A DNA stretch of 64,000 nucleotides, taken from NCBI GenBank assembly GCA_036785375.1, contig JAWMAR010000095.1, positions 7,192,001 to 7,256,000 on the forward strand, written 5' to 3'. The notes beneath the pieces are model-generated. The model saw nothing but the letters and a program-made list of their open reading frames with translations, did not search any database and was not told where the DNA came from. How positions within the stretch are numbered: the first letter of the stretch is position 1; each line of letters starts with the position of its first letter. The position numbers were made by a program, and so were the translations under genes. This document shows, piece after piece, positions 23,001 through 38,000 of this stretch. This DNA is from Leucoraja ocellata (taxonomy: Eukaryota).

Positions 23001-26000
23001 AGATAACACCTTTAACCTGCTGACCTGCAGTCTTTCAGTAATATGGTGTTAGCAAGTGTTTTAATGTACAAATCTCAGGAATGGAACTTAAACTAAACCA
23101 CATTCTGATTGACATAAGAATCATCTGTAAACAAACCCCCAAGAGAAACACTAAACAATTTTGATTCAGTTATTCAAGTCTTAGATTAGAGTATTCAAGT
23201 ATTCGGTTATTCAAGTATTAGTCATGGAAACAGCTTCTTCAGCCCACCACACCCAGACTGACAATTAATCAGTTACCTGAAGTGGAATAATGATAATCCT
23301 CTCCACTATTTTAATTCAATTTATAAATGCTGTAATATGATAAAGCTTACATCTGGTAAACAGTTGGAGACCAATGAACACAAACAGAATCTTTTACACA
23401 TACCATGCTGCTGGTGAACCTGCTCGAGTATGCAGTAACCACTCCACACTTACTGCCAGTAAAAAGCTGGCAACTGTCAGGCACCCACGCACAACTTGTA
23501 ACCTGTAAAAGAGCCAATGATAATTTATAACCAGATTCAAAATTAGATTGTAATGTTTAAATCAGCTGCCAAGACATGGCTCTTAAAATATATTATGAAC
23601 TTTCAGAAAATGTTAATTTCTTTGATATCAAAGAATACATTTTTTCAATATTTCATCAAACTTCCCAACAGAATTACAATTGATCATTTGAGGATTTATG
23701 TAAGACTTCATAAGCATTAGCATGCCACAGAAGGTAGTTTTATTAAAAAATATATTTAGACTGGAAGACACTGGAGTAACCCAGCAGATCAGGTAGCATC
23801 TCAAGATAACATGGAGCGGTGACTTTACACGTTGGGATCAGCCTGAAAAAGTGTACAGTTTAAAAATGTAACCAATCCATGTTCTCCTATGATGCTGCCT
23901 AGCCCATTGAGTTACACCAGCAGCTGCTGTATTCTCCTCTCATATATTTGGATTGTAAACAGTTCAGAGACTGCTTGCTAGACTGATTTCTCAGATGAAG
24001 ACGTCATCTTATGTGTTAAAATGGAGCAGACGAAGTCCATAATATTTTGAAATTTGATGAACACAAAGTGATCTTACTAAAATACATTACATTTTTTGAA
24101 CATGCAAAAAAACTGAATAAGGATGTTTCATCTTGAGGGAAAATTTAGAACTTGGGCGGTGTTTATAGATAGCGATGACGAGGCAACTCTTCTCTTGGAA
24201 AGTTGTGAATCTTTATAATTCTCTATTCCAGAGAGCTATGGAGGGTTGTCTAGTCATATGTTTGATCTACTATGAAGGCAACATCGGCGGGAAAAAGACT
24301 GGAAAGTGGAGTTGAAGTCTAGATCCGGTCAGCAACCATCTTACTATCAATGATGCAACAGACTTGAGATGCTATTTGGCCTAATCCTGCTCCAAATTCT
24401 TATACTCATATAAACTTTGAGAAAATCTCCTGTAAACTCTGTCCAAGGCCTTGAGATTCTTACTAAACTGTGGTGCAGAGAAGTGACCACATTGTTGTAG
24501 CTGTGATTTAAACAATGACTTATTAATATTTAACATAACCTACTTAATTAACCATGTGCTAATGTTCTTATGGAGGAATAAAGGACTGAACTAAGATTTA
24601 AGATAATTGTGTGGGAAAATAAAAGAATAGTTGTTAATCTTTGACCAATGTTGTTAAACATTAATACAAAGGTAAAAATAAGGAAAAATTGTGATTATGG
24701 AAATAGAAATTAAACCTGTGGACTATAAGAAACCATGAGATCTCTACTGCAGACCTGAATTCATACCTGGTGCAAAGGAGAGCACTGAATGAAGTTGATT
24801 GGTGGCTCACTTTGTTTGCTCTTCAGTCTTAGTATGTTATCAGCATAACCCCAACTCAAAATGGCTGACCACTGGATATCTGTATTGTGCATACTTCGAA
24901 CACCTATTATTCAGATGGAAATAAATAAGGAAGCAACAATCAGGAAACATGAAGCTCTTTTTTCTTGAATTTTAGTACACAGGGTGATGACGTGATAAGT
25001 CTCTTTGGTCGGGTAGAGAACTTGCTTCCAATTGATGAAGTACGTATCATGAATATGAGATGATTTAAAAAAAATCCACTGTATATACTGATAAAAAATA
25101 CATTATTCAGAGTAGTGAGAATCTTCTAAACTTATCACAAAACTCAGAACTGGGTCTCTGCTCGTCCCTTTGCAAATGGATCATCAACTTTCACACAGGT
25201 ATACCATAATCAGTGTGAATTGGCAGCAACATTCCCTGCTCGATAACCATCAACACAGAAGCACCTCAAGGCCATGTGCTCCTTCCACTGCTCTACTCAT
25301 TCTATACCCATGACCGAAGCCAGATAGAGCTCCGTTGGTGTCCGTTGTTGCCAATTGTCTGCTATAACCGAGTACAGTAATTTCATTGTATAAGTAGCAA
25401 AAACAAACAACTGTAGTTGCTGGTTAATACACAAAATAAATCAAACTGTTGGGGTAACTCAGCAGGTTAGGCAGCATTTCTGGAGAACATGGATGGGTGA
25501 TGTTTCGGTTTTAGACCCTTCTTCAGACTTGGTCTGGAAATGGGCCTGGATTCCAGGTGAATTGATGGCTCTGGCCTGCTGGTGGAGAGGGAAGTGGAGA
25601 GTGTCGGCAAGGCTGTGTGGACAGCCAGTGGCGGCTATAAGCTCAGCCGGGGAGGTGGCGCGAGTCAGGGGAGGCGTGGGGGCTATAACCAAAATTCATT
25701 ATAGATATCTGCTAAACGCGGGTTACTGCATTATATGGTACCCAGCATTATTAATTATTAATTTATTGCATTATTGATTATTGTCTATTTATTTGTGTAT
25801 TATTGAGTTAATATGCCTGTAAAAAACGTAGCAAAAAATAATGTAATTGCTCATTGCCAGTATAGATGACAATTAAACACTTTTGACTTGAATATGCAAC
25901 TCAAGATCACAGGGAGCAGAAGGAACAGTGGAATAATGGTTAACGTGATCAACAGAGACTGTGGACAAATGCTCCAGAGCCGTGAGTACAAATCTCTAGG

Positions 26001-29000
26001 AAATTAAACTATTCATTTCCCATGGAAATTAATCTTAGTGAACATTTAATTAACACGTTGTCCTATAATTGCAGCTGATACCAACGTATCAAAAATATAA
26101 CAGGGCAATATTGTTTTTGCCATTTCAACTTTGCAAAGACCCCCTTCATAATAATTTAAAAAAAATCACGACTGGCATCGGTTTTAGGGTATCTTCCCTG
26201 CCAACCAGTCAAGCTCAATTTGAAGAATCATATTGTTCAACTAATGGATAACATTCTTTATTTTAATGTCACAACACACAAGAGCCTGCAGATGTTGGTT
26301 TACATCGAAGATAGATAAAATGCTGGAGTAACTCAGCGGGACAGACAGCATGGCTGGATAGAAGAAATGGGTGACATTTTGGGTGGAGACCCTTCTTCAG
26401 ACAACTACCCTGGTCATCCCTGTTCACAAAAGCTGAACAAATCCAATGTGGCTAACTATCCTGCCAAGAACTTTCCCAAACACCATCAAAATAATGGAAG
26501 TGTGATCAACAAGACGATCAAATAGAATGTTTGAATGGGCTTAAGAGGTGAATAAATCCCCGCAGCTCAATGAGATGTTTTCCAGGCTGGGAGACGAGGA
26601 AGATTGCCGGGGCCATGGCAGTGATTTTTAAATGGGCACAGGTGATGTGCCAGATGACTGGAGACAGCAGATGTGGTATTCTTATTTAAAAAGTGGAGCA
26701 GTGTTAAGACAGGGCAGCGAGTCTAATGTCAGTGGTAGGAAAGATGCTGAAGTATTCTGTCCAGTTCTGATCACCATACATTTAGGGTGGCATGGTGGCC
26801 TAGTTGGCACAGCTGCTGTCTCAGTGCTAGAGACCCAGGTTTGATCCTGACCTTGGGTACTGTCTGTGTGGAGTTTGCATGTTCTCCCTGAGACCGCACG
26901 AGTTTCCTCCGGATGCTCTGGTTTCCTTCAACATCACAAAGATGTGCATGAATTTTAGGTTAATTGGCTTCTGTAGATTGCCCTTAGTTTGTAAGATGGT
27001 CAGCATGGCTTCGGTGGGTCGAAGGGCGTGTTTCACCAGAGGGATTCCAAATGCCAACTCTACACTTTGACTGTGTTACCGGCTTCAACCCATTACCATC
27101 ACCATCCTGACAACACTAACCAGAAATGTATTTGGACAAACCACTGAAGTGCAATGATTGTAGAGCATGTTGAAGACTTGTTCTCCAGTTTTACTATCAG
27201 CAGGACACAAGCCGCAAGCATGAAAGAATACTTTGCACTTACAAATGAAAAAATGCAGATACTTAAAATCTGAAAAAAAGGGAAAGTGCCTGAAGTACTG
27301 AACACATCAGACTGCATCTGTGGAGAGAAACACGGGTTCAGATGATCTGAAACATTAACTGCGCTTTTGTCTGCTTGCACCCCTGAGCATTCCACTTGCC
27401 CTCTACTTGACTGAATATGTGTAGTCACAAAAACCTTCAAAACCTCAATTGTATTCAGGACAGAGCAATCTGCTTGCCTTGCATTCTCTCTGTTTTTATT
27501 GCACTGTATATCATTCACAAAATGCCAGGCAGTTACTTCATCACATTTATCTTTTCAATATCCTTTATAGTCATAGAGTGATACAGTGTGGAAACAGGCC
27601 CTTCGGCACAACTTGTCCACACCAGCCAACATGTCCACACCACCCAGCTACACTAGTCCCAACTGCCTGCGCCGTTAGGGGTTACATCCCAGATTTCCTT
27701 ATCTAAAAATACTGATAATCTATTATCTAATGCGAACAGTAGCATTGTAGCAGTCCATCACCACTTTCATGGGGAACTGGGAAATAGATGACATGCCATA
27801 AAGGTATAACATTTAAAACTGGAGGCATATTGAAGGGAAACCTAGAAAACCTCACAAGGGTGAAAGAAATAGGGGGATTTGCTGGTGGGGCAAGATGAGG
27901 AGAAGGCAACTCACATGGAGCATAAGTATCCTCAGGGACTGCCTGGGCCTAGTGGCTTCCTACTGTGCTCTAAGTTGTAAGTCATGCAGACCTTTTGTAT
28001 GAAGAAGGTACCTTGCTCTTTGCTGTAAGTCATCATGAGACAAAACTTGCTTGACAGACCACAGATGGCTCTGGTGGGCAATGCGAGTAGTGATCCAAAT
28101 TGTTCTCCGTGGAACTGACTGAAGCAAATTACAGGATCTGGTGCACTAGGAGAACCCACATACTCGCCCCACTTCAGTCCTTTAATCCACGACAGAGGAC
28201 TCTAGTTATATGATATTAAAGAAAAACAATCAATCACTACAACTCTTCCAAAACATTTTTGTTCAAGAATTATTATATAGGGCTAGAAGGTGGTTAGTTG
28301 GCATTAGTAAGCACCAAGCTTACAAACCGAGTTAATTGATGATTAAATGGACAATTAACATTTCCCAAATTTTGGAAGAAAGAAAATCTCAGTTGAATAA
28401 GTACAAGATCACTGATAACGTGATTATTCATGATCCCAGATGCAACACTATCGTGAATAAATTTAAAAGAAAACAATCTAATGAAAAAAAATGAAATAGC
28501 AACAAATGAATAACCTCTGTCAAGAAACAATGTTAAAAATTAAAACACTAATCAGTATGTCCTGTATGTTTCAATTTTACAAAATAGCTCTAATTATGAT
28601 GAAAAATAACCCATGCTACTTAGAAATACACCAAGATTATTCATTATGGAGACTATTCATCATCTATGAACAAGGAGAGCGAAGTGGCCATCAAGTCTCC
28701 TCCATAAGGAACTAAACTGGTTAACTTATAAATGTGTAAACTCAAGAATAATTTATAACCACATAACAGCTTGCAATAAATACCGGGTAGATGACTTCTT
28801 TGGTGTGCTCTCTGCTCTCTCTGAAGGCAAACTGCACAAGGAGACCCATGGCTGCAGGCAATTCCCCCTCCATTGACAGTCTAGGCCCGTGTTTGCTTGG
28901 ATGAGTAGCCGTGAAGAGCTGCCGAGGTGTCTGGCCATAGGTCTTGATCATAGTTTCCAGGGCTCGCCTTTGCACTGGGTCTTCAACAGCAGACACATCC

Positions 29001-32000
29001 ATGCCAAAATAAGTCTATCAGCAAAATATGGAGTAAGTTTATTGCAAAACTGATTGAAAATATTTATCCTTTTCTGTAAGACTCACAAGGGTATCAGCCA
29101 TAGGGTATCTATGCCAGTTCTCAGAACAACCCAGTCTCCTACTTATTTCCCTGTAATCTATTCTCACACTTTTCATTAACACCCCTCTGATCCCTCCATC
29201 AACCACTTACACTGAGGGGTGAATTAGAGTAGCCAATAATTTTAACACCAGTGTGCCTTTGGGATGGGAAGAAATCAGAAGATCGGGGAAACCCATATGA
29301 TGGAGCAAGAACATGCAAACTCCACGCAATGACAGCACTTGAGGTCAGGATTGAATCTAGGTCACGGGAGTTGTGACACAAATGCGCTCCCCACATCATC
29401 ACTGTGCCACCCTCCATTTGTATTGAAATATTTTCACCAGTCCATTGCAATGAAAGAATTGAAAAGAAAATGCCACTGAAAATGCAACTTTTGCTTGACA
29501 TGGGAGACTTTTGGCTACATGATGTTTCAGGATGGCTCACCAATGAGAAAGGATCAGCTTCTTTGCTGAGCAGTTGCAGAACCTTCAGGACAAGCAGAAG
29601 TCTTCATTCACCAATGGATACTGGATAGAATTGGATCCCAGATAAATATGGCAAAATCTGATCTTTCCAAAGAGAAGCCCAGCACAGAAAATCAAGAGCT
29701 TTTAGACTACCTCTTTTAAAGTAGATTTTTGAAACAAGCCTTTGTTTTTTTGCCTTGAGTGGAAAGATTAGGGTGGCAAAGACAGGTAAAAAACCCCATC
29801 AGAAATCTAAAAAAAAATCAAACTAGGTTTTCTTCCATCCCCATACATGGAGCTGCCCTTTAAAAGTTGGATTGTATTAATCTTTCCCAGTAACAACCAC
29901 ATTTATAAAGTTATTGTTTTAATCAATTAGTATAATTGTAGATTGTCTCTTGCTAAAATTTACAATGAATTTACCATTTTATTACAGAAGCTAACAGTGC
30001 ATTAGGCCGTTTGATCCATCAGGCGTGCAATGAATGCCAATGAATTCAATTTCCTATCACTTTAGCATTGTAGGTGTACCAGAGTACAATGGAAATATAG
30101 AACTAATTTCAGGGCTAAAATGAATCATTTATAACAAATAAACAATATGCAAATTCAGCTCTTGAACTTTATGAGCAATTGCCTCCAATGATCCTTGCAA
30201 CTTTATAGTACAGAAAATAATTCTAAGTTATGATTTTTGAGATGTAGCTATCTTCATCATGTGTTTTTATTTCAGATTTTAAGTATTTGCTATATTTTTA
30301 TTTATCATTCTTTATATTATTTCCATTATGATCTGAAATGGATTAACATTAGCGAAAGGTAATTTTAATTTGTTGTATTTTAAAACAGGGTTTAAATTTA
30401 TTGAAGGTGTGGAATCTGTGAGATAATGGTCTGGTGTAAATCCGTGAGACATCTGTGAAGTCTGTGTAATACTGGCCATTAGGTTACAATACAGACTGAC
30501 AAGATGTTGATGTGGCTTGAATGCCCCCTCCTCGAGTTCCTCTATGATGGAAGAGGAGGAAAAACAGTGGGACTGGCACAATTAAAAGCAGAGTAGCACG
30601 TTATGAGATGATGAGAGGGATAGACAGAGTTGACGTGGATAAGCTTTTCCCATTGAGAGTAGGGAAGATTCAAACAAGAGGACATGACTTGAGAATTAGG
30701 GGACAGAAGTTTAGGGGTAACATGAGGGGGAACTTCTTTACTCAGAGAGTGGTAGCTGTGTGGAATGAGCTTCCAGTGGAAGTGGTGGAGGCAGGTTCGA
30801 TTTTATCATTTCAAAATAAATTAGATAGGTATATGGACGGGAAAGGAATGGAGGGTTATGGTCTGAGTGCAGGTAGATGGGACTAGGGGAACGGACGGAC
30901 TTGAAGGGCCGAGATGGCCTGTTTCCGTGCTGTAATTGTTATATGGTTATTTACCCAGTAAATATGGGGAGGTAGCAATTTCCTCCCTTCCACCTCCCCT
31001 TTCCCACTCGTAGACTCAAATTCATTTCCATTTTACATGATTAAAAAAAAATAATCAGATAATCATTAATCTTATTTGCAATGTCCTACACAAAGCACGG
31101 CTCAGAATTAGTTTCTGCATTTCAAAATTGCTTGGAGCCCTATAGACGATAGTTCATAGAGAGGTTTGCATTTGAAAGCTGAATATGAGAACTGAGTGAG
31201 ATGGAGACTTACCGCAGGATGAAAAACATTGATAGCATAAACTGCAGCTCTCCCCTTTTGCTTGTTTCCAAACACCAAGTCAATCCAATTGCAAATAGTT
31301 TGTGAAACATGATCTGACTCCAAGGCTTGTCGATGAATCAGGATGAAGAGCCTGGGGTCATTACGAGCCCAAGGTGGAAGATTTACATGATTTACTCTAT
31401 CTCCATTCTGCCGCATTCCAAAGTCAAAACCTACAAATAGAAATGCTCCAACTTTACAATGGTATGAAAAATTAGTACCATGACGATCATTTTTACAACA
31501 CAATCATGCCGATAATTAACTTTTGACACATAACACCGTGTAGATATTATGCTTTTAATATAGGGGGATATTTCAAAGCAATTCTTTGGAATATGTTCAA
31601 AGTTTGACATGGAGAACAAATAAATATTAGGATAAACATAAGCATGGTTGAAGAATCTAGTACAAGGACCAGTTTGGAAGAAGAGGAAGTAGATAGGTTG
31701 TGATGGAATTTTAGTGTGTACTAGACCAAGGGGGACCCGTTGGTTCCCGTCCCCTCAACGCGCGGTTGCGGGGGGAGGGCTACGGCGTCACACACACTAA
31801 CCACCCCCACACACACGGGGGGGGGGGAGAGAGGTGGGGTGGGTGAGAGGGGGGGGGGGGGGGGAGGGGGAGAGAGAGAGAGAGAGAGAGAGAGTAGAGG
31901 GGAGGGACGAGTGGGGAGAGAGGAGGTGCAGAGGAGGGTAGTGGGGAGAGAGAGGGACACAGAGGGACAGAGGCAGAGAGAGGAACACAGAGGCAGAGAG

Positions 32001-35000
32001 GGGGACACAGAGGCAGAGAGGGGGACACAGAGGCAGAGAGGGGGACACAGAGGCAGAGAGGGGGACACAGAGGCAGAGAGGGGGACACAGAGGCAGAGAG
32101 GGGGACACAGAGGCAGAGAGGGGGACACAGAGGCAGAGAGGGGGACACAGAGGCAGAGAGGGGGACACAGAGGCAGAGAGGGGGACACAGAGGCAGAGAG
32201 GGGGACACAGAGGCAGAGAGGGGGACACAGAGGCAGAGAGGGGGACACAGAGGCAGAGAGGGGGACACAGAGGCAGAGAGGGGGACACAGAGGCAGAGAG
32301 GGGGACACAGAGGCAGAGAGGGGGACACAGAGGCAGAGAGGGGGACACAGAGGCAGAGAGGGGGACACAGAGGCAGAGAGGGGGACACAGAGGCAGAGAG
32401 GGGGACACAGAGGCAGAGAGGGGGACAGAGAGGGAGGGGGCAGAGAGGGAGTGGTGAGCGTTTGAGGGGTTGGGCGCGTCGTCAGAGGTGAGGGCTGGTT
32501 CTTGAACGCAATAATCACTCGCTCCCAGCAGCGCGAGCAAGAAGACAGCGTGTTTCTTTTTTCAAAGGTTTTGCGAGCACAGCGAGGCCAGGCGAGTTCT
32601 TCAAAAGCAAGCCGGTGACCTCGGGATCTGCAGAACTTGCTCGTTCTTTCTGCAATAACGACCACTGCTGCCATGCTGTTGAACTTCAAGAAGCCCTGTG
32701 GAGCATGCTGGATGACTTGATCACGTGTTCACGGGCTTCAATCCACGTAACTGGCTGCGCATGGAAAATCTGCACAGCTGGTCACGAGGAGCAAAGGCAT
32801 TGTGATGTCATCAGCTCGCTTCAGATTCAGTTACATTTTAAAACAATTTTAGTAAAAAATCTCGGGTAATAATTAAACACATTTTCAGATGAGGAGATTT
32901 TTGAATTGATGAAGTAAATCGCTACTGGAATATGTAAAAATGTCTCCGTTACCACGTCGGGTTTTGGAGGAGATGTGACTGACAACCAAACAAACTAACT
33001 AACGAAGAGAGTTTGAATAACTATGTGATGTCTGAGGTAGCTTGCAAGCTCATTGAACATGAGCAAAATAAGTTTTACCTGGCCATCTTAGCCATAGTGC
33101 ACTACAGATCATTTACAGTGACAAATTAACGATGTAGGACAGAATTATTACATCTTGAGTTTATTGTATGATTTGGATATCCAAAAGGAGAGATTAGTTG
33201 GGATAATAGGGAAGCAGCAGACAGAACAATATCCTAATTGTCTTAAAAAAATGAACGCACCATTGCCAATATATACATTAACTGTAAGATGACACTAACA
33301 TTTGGAATGGTTACTTTAAAATGGCAGGCCAATGCAGTAGAATTTGAGCATTATTCAACAGAATGAACATAGTTGGATGGCAGAAGCAATATGGATATGT
33401 TGCTAGCGTAATTGGCTCTCAAGGGGGCAAGGCTTGCTCGTACTTTGGGTTTAAAACATGAGCCAAGATTAGTTTAATTAATGGCGCCAACATTAGGAGT
33501 GTTGCCAACAGACTGTGGATTAAATGCAACAGAGGAAGGAAGGCACAGGTTGTTGGGAGCTGATCAATGACAAATGAGTCATCATACTTGACCAAGAGTA
33601 GCTTAGTTTTGAGATACATTGTGGAAACAGGCCCTTCGGCCCATCAAGCCTGCGCTGACCAACGATCACCCATACACTACACACTAGCGGCAATTTTACA
33701 GAGGCCAATTAACCTAGAAACCCCCTGCACGTCTTTGAAATGTGGGATGAAACCGGAGCACCCAGAAAACACCAACGCAGTCACGGGAAGACCATTCAAA
33801 CTCAGTACAGATAGCACCCGTATTCAGGATCAAAGCTGGGTCCCTAGTACTGCAACACAGCAACTCTACCGCTGTGCCACAATGCCACCCTAGGAGTGGG
33901 TACATTTAAAATCATCCAATTTTGTTGAACACTGTTGAAATATTTACATGCATTGACCTTTTTTATTACTTACAACCCAGATTCATTAATACTAACTAAT
34001 TCTCTCTCTCCTACAGCCATCAATAATGTAATGTTGCAGGCTGGGCATGGACAAAAACTGTAGTCTGGGAAGTGTGGGGGGGGGGGGCTTCTAGAAGAGG
34101 CAGCAGAGGTAGGGAGGAGCAAGGCCATGGAAAGATTTGAAAGCAAAGCTGAGAATTTGAGAACTGACAGGTTAGCTGACCAGCTCAGGCAGGGGGTGGC
34201 AGATGAGGGGGAGATAGACTGCGTTTCAAAACAAGCAGCACACATGGATCATTAAACCAAAAGACCGTAGGTCACCAGACACGTAATTGCATAATCAGTC
34301 TTTTTCAGATTCTAGTTGTTGGATTTAGATAGTGCATTGCCAGATTTCCCCAAAATATTTTAACCATCAATGCACTTTTTTTTTGGTAGGCAAATTATGT
34401 TTCTGAAAGTTGCCAATGTAATTTTGGCTTGTAGACAAATGAACATGTGATATTTTCTTTTTGACATTCATCTAGGCTAAATAATTTTAACATCAATAAT
34501 TGAAAAAAACCCATTTCCTCAAAAACTATTTGAATAAAAGAATAATTTGCTTAAAAAAAATAATGCACATCCTTTCACACATGGTATAAGTAGTAAATAG
34601 ACGGTGAAATACTAATTTATAGTGCACACCTTCTCTATTGACCAAAAACTCTGGAAGGTAAAAGAATTCTGGAATGAGCTCCTTCACATCAGTCATTGAT
34701 TCATACGAGGACAGGCGCCAGGTAGTATTCATAGAGTGAAATGTTCGATCTGGGATATCAAAGCTTTGATCTAGGCATAGGGAATACAATTCACAGTCAA
34801 TGTCACATGAGAGGCATATTTCAACAATGGGCCATTAAAAAAAATGTTCCCTTCGGGCTTGGCAACAAATATTCCTGCATTTGAATCATACAGCACGAGA
34901 TATTATTCAACCCAACTTGCCTATGGCATCCCTGAAAAAACACTACCCAATTAGTCCTGCTCTCATGCTCTTTCTCCAGAGTACTGTAAATACTTCCCTT

Positions 35001-38000
35001 AATGTAAATATTGAGATTGTTTCCACCACCCTTCCAGGTATATTCAATTTCATAACAGTAATTTAATCAGCTACCTGGAAAGAATTGTCTATAAACATCA
35101 TGTTCCTGTACCCCCGTTAAAGTAATGAACTGTCTCATGATTTTATGGGACCATGCTGATAAAACGTAATAACATCCAGCAAACACTTTGCATTTCCTTT
35201 TCATTTACTAATTTTGAACGTTGAAACAAAAGATTAATCCAATGGATCTTACCCTGATAAGCCAGAAACATCTTGGTGAATGGTGGCATTCTGACTAAAA
35301 AGTGCAAAACTGTTCCACTGTTCGAATAATGAGACCCGTAGTGATATGGCTGGACTGGTGGCATAGGATCATCTTCTTGAGCCCCTTTGCGAAATTCCTC
35401 CTCCAGGTACTGACAAGAAAGAACAATCGTTTAAGATCGAAAGAGTATGTTATGAACTGCCAAATGTTTCCCAACATGAAAACAAAATCCAACCAGCAAA
35501 CCAAAGGAAGTTGACAACAAAAAAAACATTTAAATACTGCTGAATGTGGAGCCAGAAGGGGGGGGGGGGGGGGGGGTGTTCACTAAACTTGTTGGTTGTT
35601 TAAAGTCTGTGATCACCCTTTTACAAGATACTTCACCCACTTCACTCAGACCGCTGGCAAATTCCCTTTTTCCTATCCTCACTCAAAAGTTGTATCTCAT
35701 TGTAATTGTGACCAACAGCTTATTAATACTTTGTTAAAAAGAGTGACAGAATAATTAGCAGTAAACCATAGCCAGCTTTAAGAGAGTGCAGCTAATGCAA
35801 AACATGGTTGGCATGCTCGTATATGGAGGCACTCCAATTTCTAGTCCAAGATTTGTAAAAGGCATTAGCCTTTCAATGTTTACAACGTACCTAGGTTATT
35901 TTATATCAAATTAATTGACAATATAAATTAAGATATATTTTCTTCTATTCCAGTAGCCATCCACATATATGACACTGAGAAGATGTGGAAACCGCACGGT
36001 GCAGTATACTAATATATATTGACTTCTAAATCTAGCAGTCTTCATTCAAATTTAGAACGGAGACGAGGAAACACTTTTTGTACTCCCTGGCTTTTGACCA
36101 TGCCTGAGGCTTTGCTTCTGTTTGTGGTGTTTTTGATGTTTCTTTATTTTACATGTCTTTTCCTACTATTTCTTTTGATTGTTATTTTTGGTGTGTATTA
36201 ACTTTTTTGTCAATGATTAGTGATGTACAGCACTTTGTTGAGGCTATGTTTGTTTTTAAAGTGCTCTATAAATACAATTATTATTATTATTATTATTGTC
36301 TATTGTTTAAAACAGGCCTACAGTGATGTCTTATACTTCCAACAAACCAGGAGGCCACATTTGGCCCACTCGAGTCATGCCGGCTTTCGAAGAAACAATC
36401 CCATTAATCCCATTCCTCCTCTCCTTAATTGCCTGCCTATCCTCTCCCTTTACTTTTTTGCCATGAGTCTAATTTACAGTAGTCATTTAACCTATCAGCA
36501 AATCTTTGTGATATGGGAGTAAACTGATGGCCATGGAGAGAATGTGTAGATTCCACACAGACAACACTAGAGTTCAGGAAAATGCCCAAAGTCCGACTGA
36601 CTGCAACTCTACCTTAGCAATCAAAGATATCTATTGATGAAAGGATTGCGAGTCAGAGAAGGCTATGAGGAGGGGGGGGGGGGGGGAGAGATCTCAGATT
36701 AGAAAATGAGAAAAATATCCTACTGTTGAACAAAGCTCATGGTGTAGTCTACAAATAGGAGAGGGACTCTCCTGTAATAGTGGTGTAACCGATCTATGGG
36801 TACAATGACAAATGGAATCTAAAATGAGCTAACATTTTTCAGCACCAATTTAGCCCTCTTTGACAAGCTTACAAATTTATATATGGTATAAAGCACCCAA
36901 AATATTAATTTTAACTATAACAAAGGTGAATGCTATTTATGTTAATCTCCAACCTTATAGTTGTCCACATATCGATCTTCCTTCTCTTTGGACTGCACAG
37001 CAATAGGCTTTAGAAGGTTTCTGAAATGATTGTAACAATGTTCATTCATCAGAAAAGAGCTCCATAGAAGTTACATCTTAAAATATGCACCAGATAATTC
37101 CCCATATAGAGCGAAATTCTTCGATCCCATGATATTAGGCAAGTTATCCAATGTCAGTTACATCCAGGACTGGCAAAAAAGACACCTGCAGCAGATGTTC
37201 ACATTTAACAAAAGGAACGTGATTTTAAAATAAAAAAAACAATCTGGACATAAAGTTACCTGTAAATGGCAGGTTCAGTCAGGTCGACTGTTTCACTGGA
37301 ATAGTCACTCAGCATGAAGGGAAAAACAGGATATTGCATAAGATCATTGAAGGAGCGGCCAGCGTGCTTGTTCAAATGTGTCAAGTACTCAAAATTTGTT
37401 ATCTGTCCTGAGCACCACAGCTGAGTCAGAGCCGTAATGTTTCCATATTCTAATAAATTTGGGAGACTGGAAGACAGGATGTTGTGATGAACATCATCCC
37501 GAACCTAAATGAAAATAAAAAACAGATCTAAGTTCATGAACAATCAAATACAACTGTAGGAACTATATACACCAATTATCAACAGTATTTGCAAGTCAAT
37601 TGACATTACAATATGTCCAATCTATAAACAACTCTTTCAAAGATCAAATGAAGTACCAATTTTTTCAGCAATCATCTGGAAGACCAGATTTGACAAAACT
37701 TCCAGTAAAATTGGGTTCCTTTGCACAAAAACAAAAAATGTATATAGATTACCAGAGAAAGCGTGTTCAACACTGGCACAAACACAATGGATTTAACGGT
37801 CTGCCACTTATTGTGCCATAAATGGCCATAGTTCTGACACATTTTGAGAATGGGTGTCACTATGAGCTAGAAGTATAGCATTAAGAAAGCACAGATTATC
37901 AGCTGGAAATTTTTGAACTGAAGGTCACCAGTGAGTTCATTGTTAAGGATGGTAGAGAATTCTAAATCTGCCCAAAATCTCACAGGACTGAGATGAACTT

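Noticed and set aside
32001-32420. Regular array as a possible CRISPR
   Set aside because: Head-to-tail identical units with no spacers and no cas genes; vertebrate context.
31721-32689. Four long overlapping ORFs (202-322 aa) with repetitive Cys/Pro/Leu or Arg/Gly/Glu content
   Set aside because: Artefacts of a stop-free 20-bp minisatellite; no evidence of a real protein.
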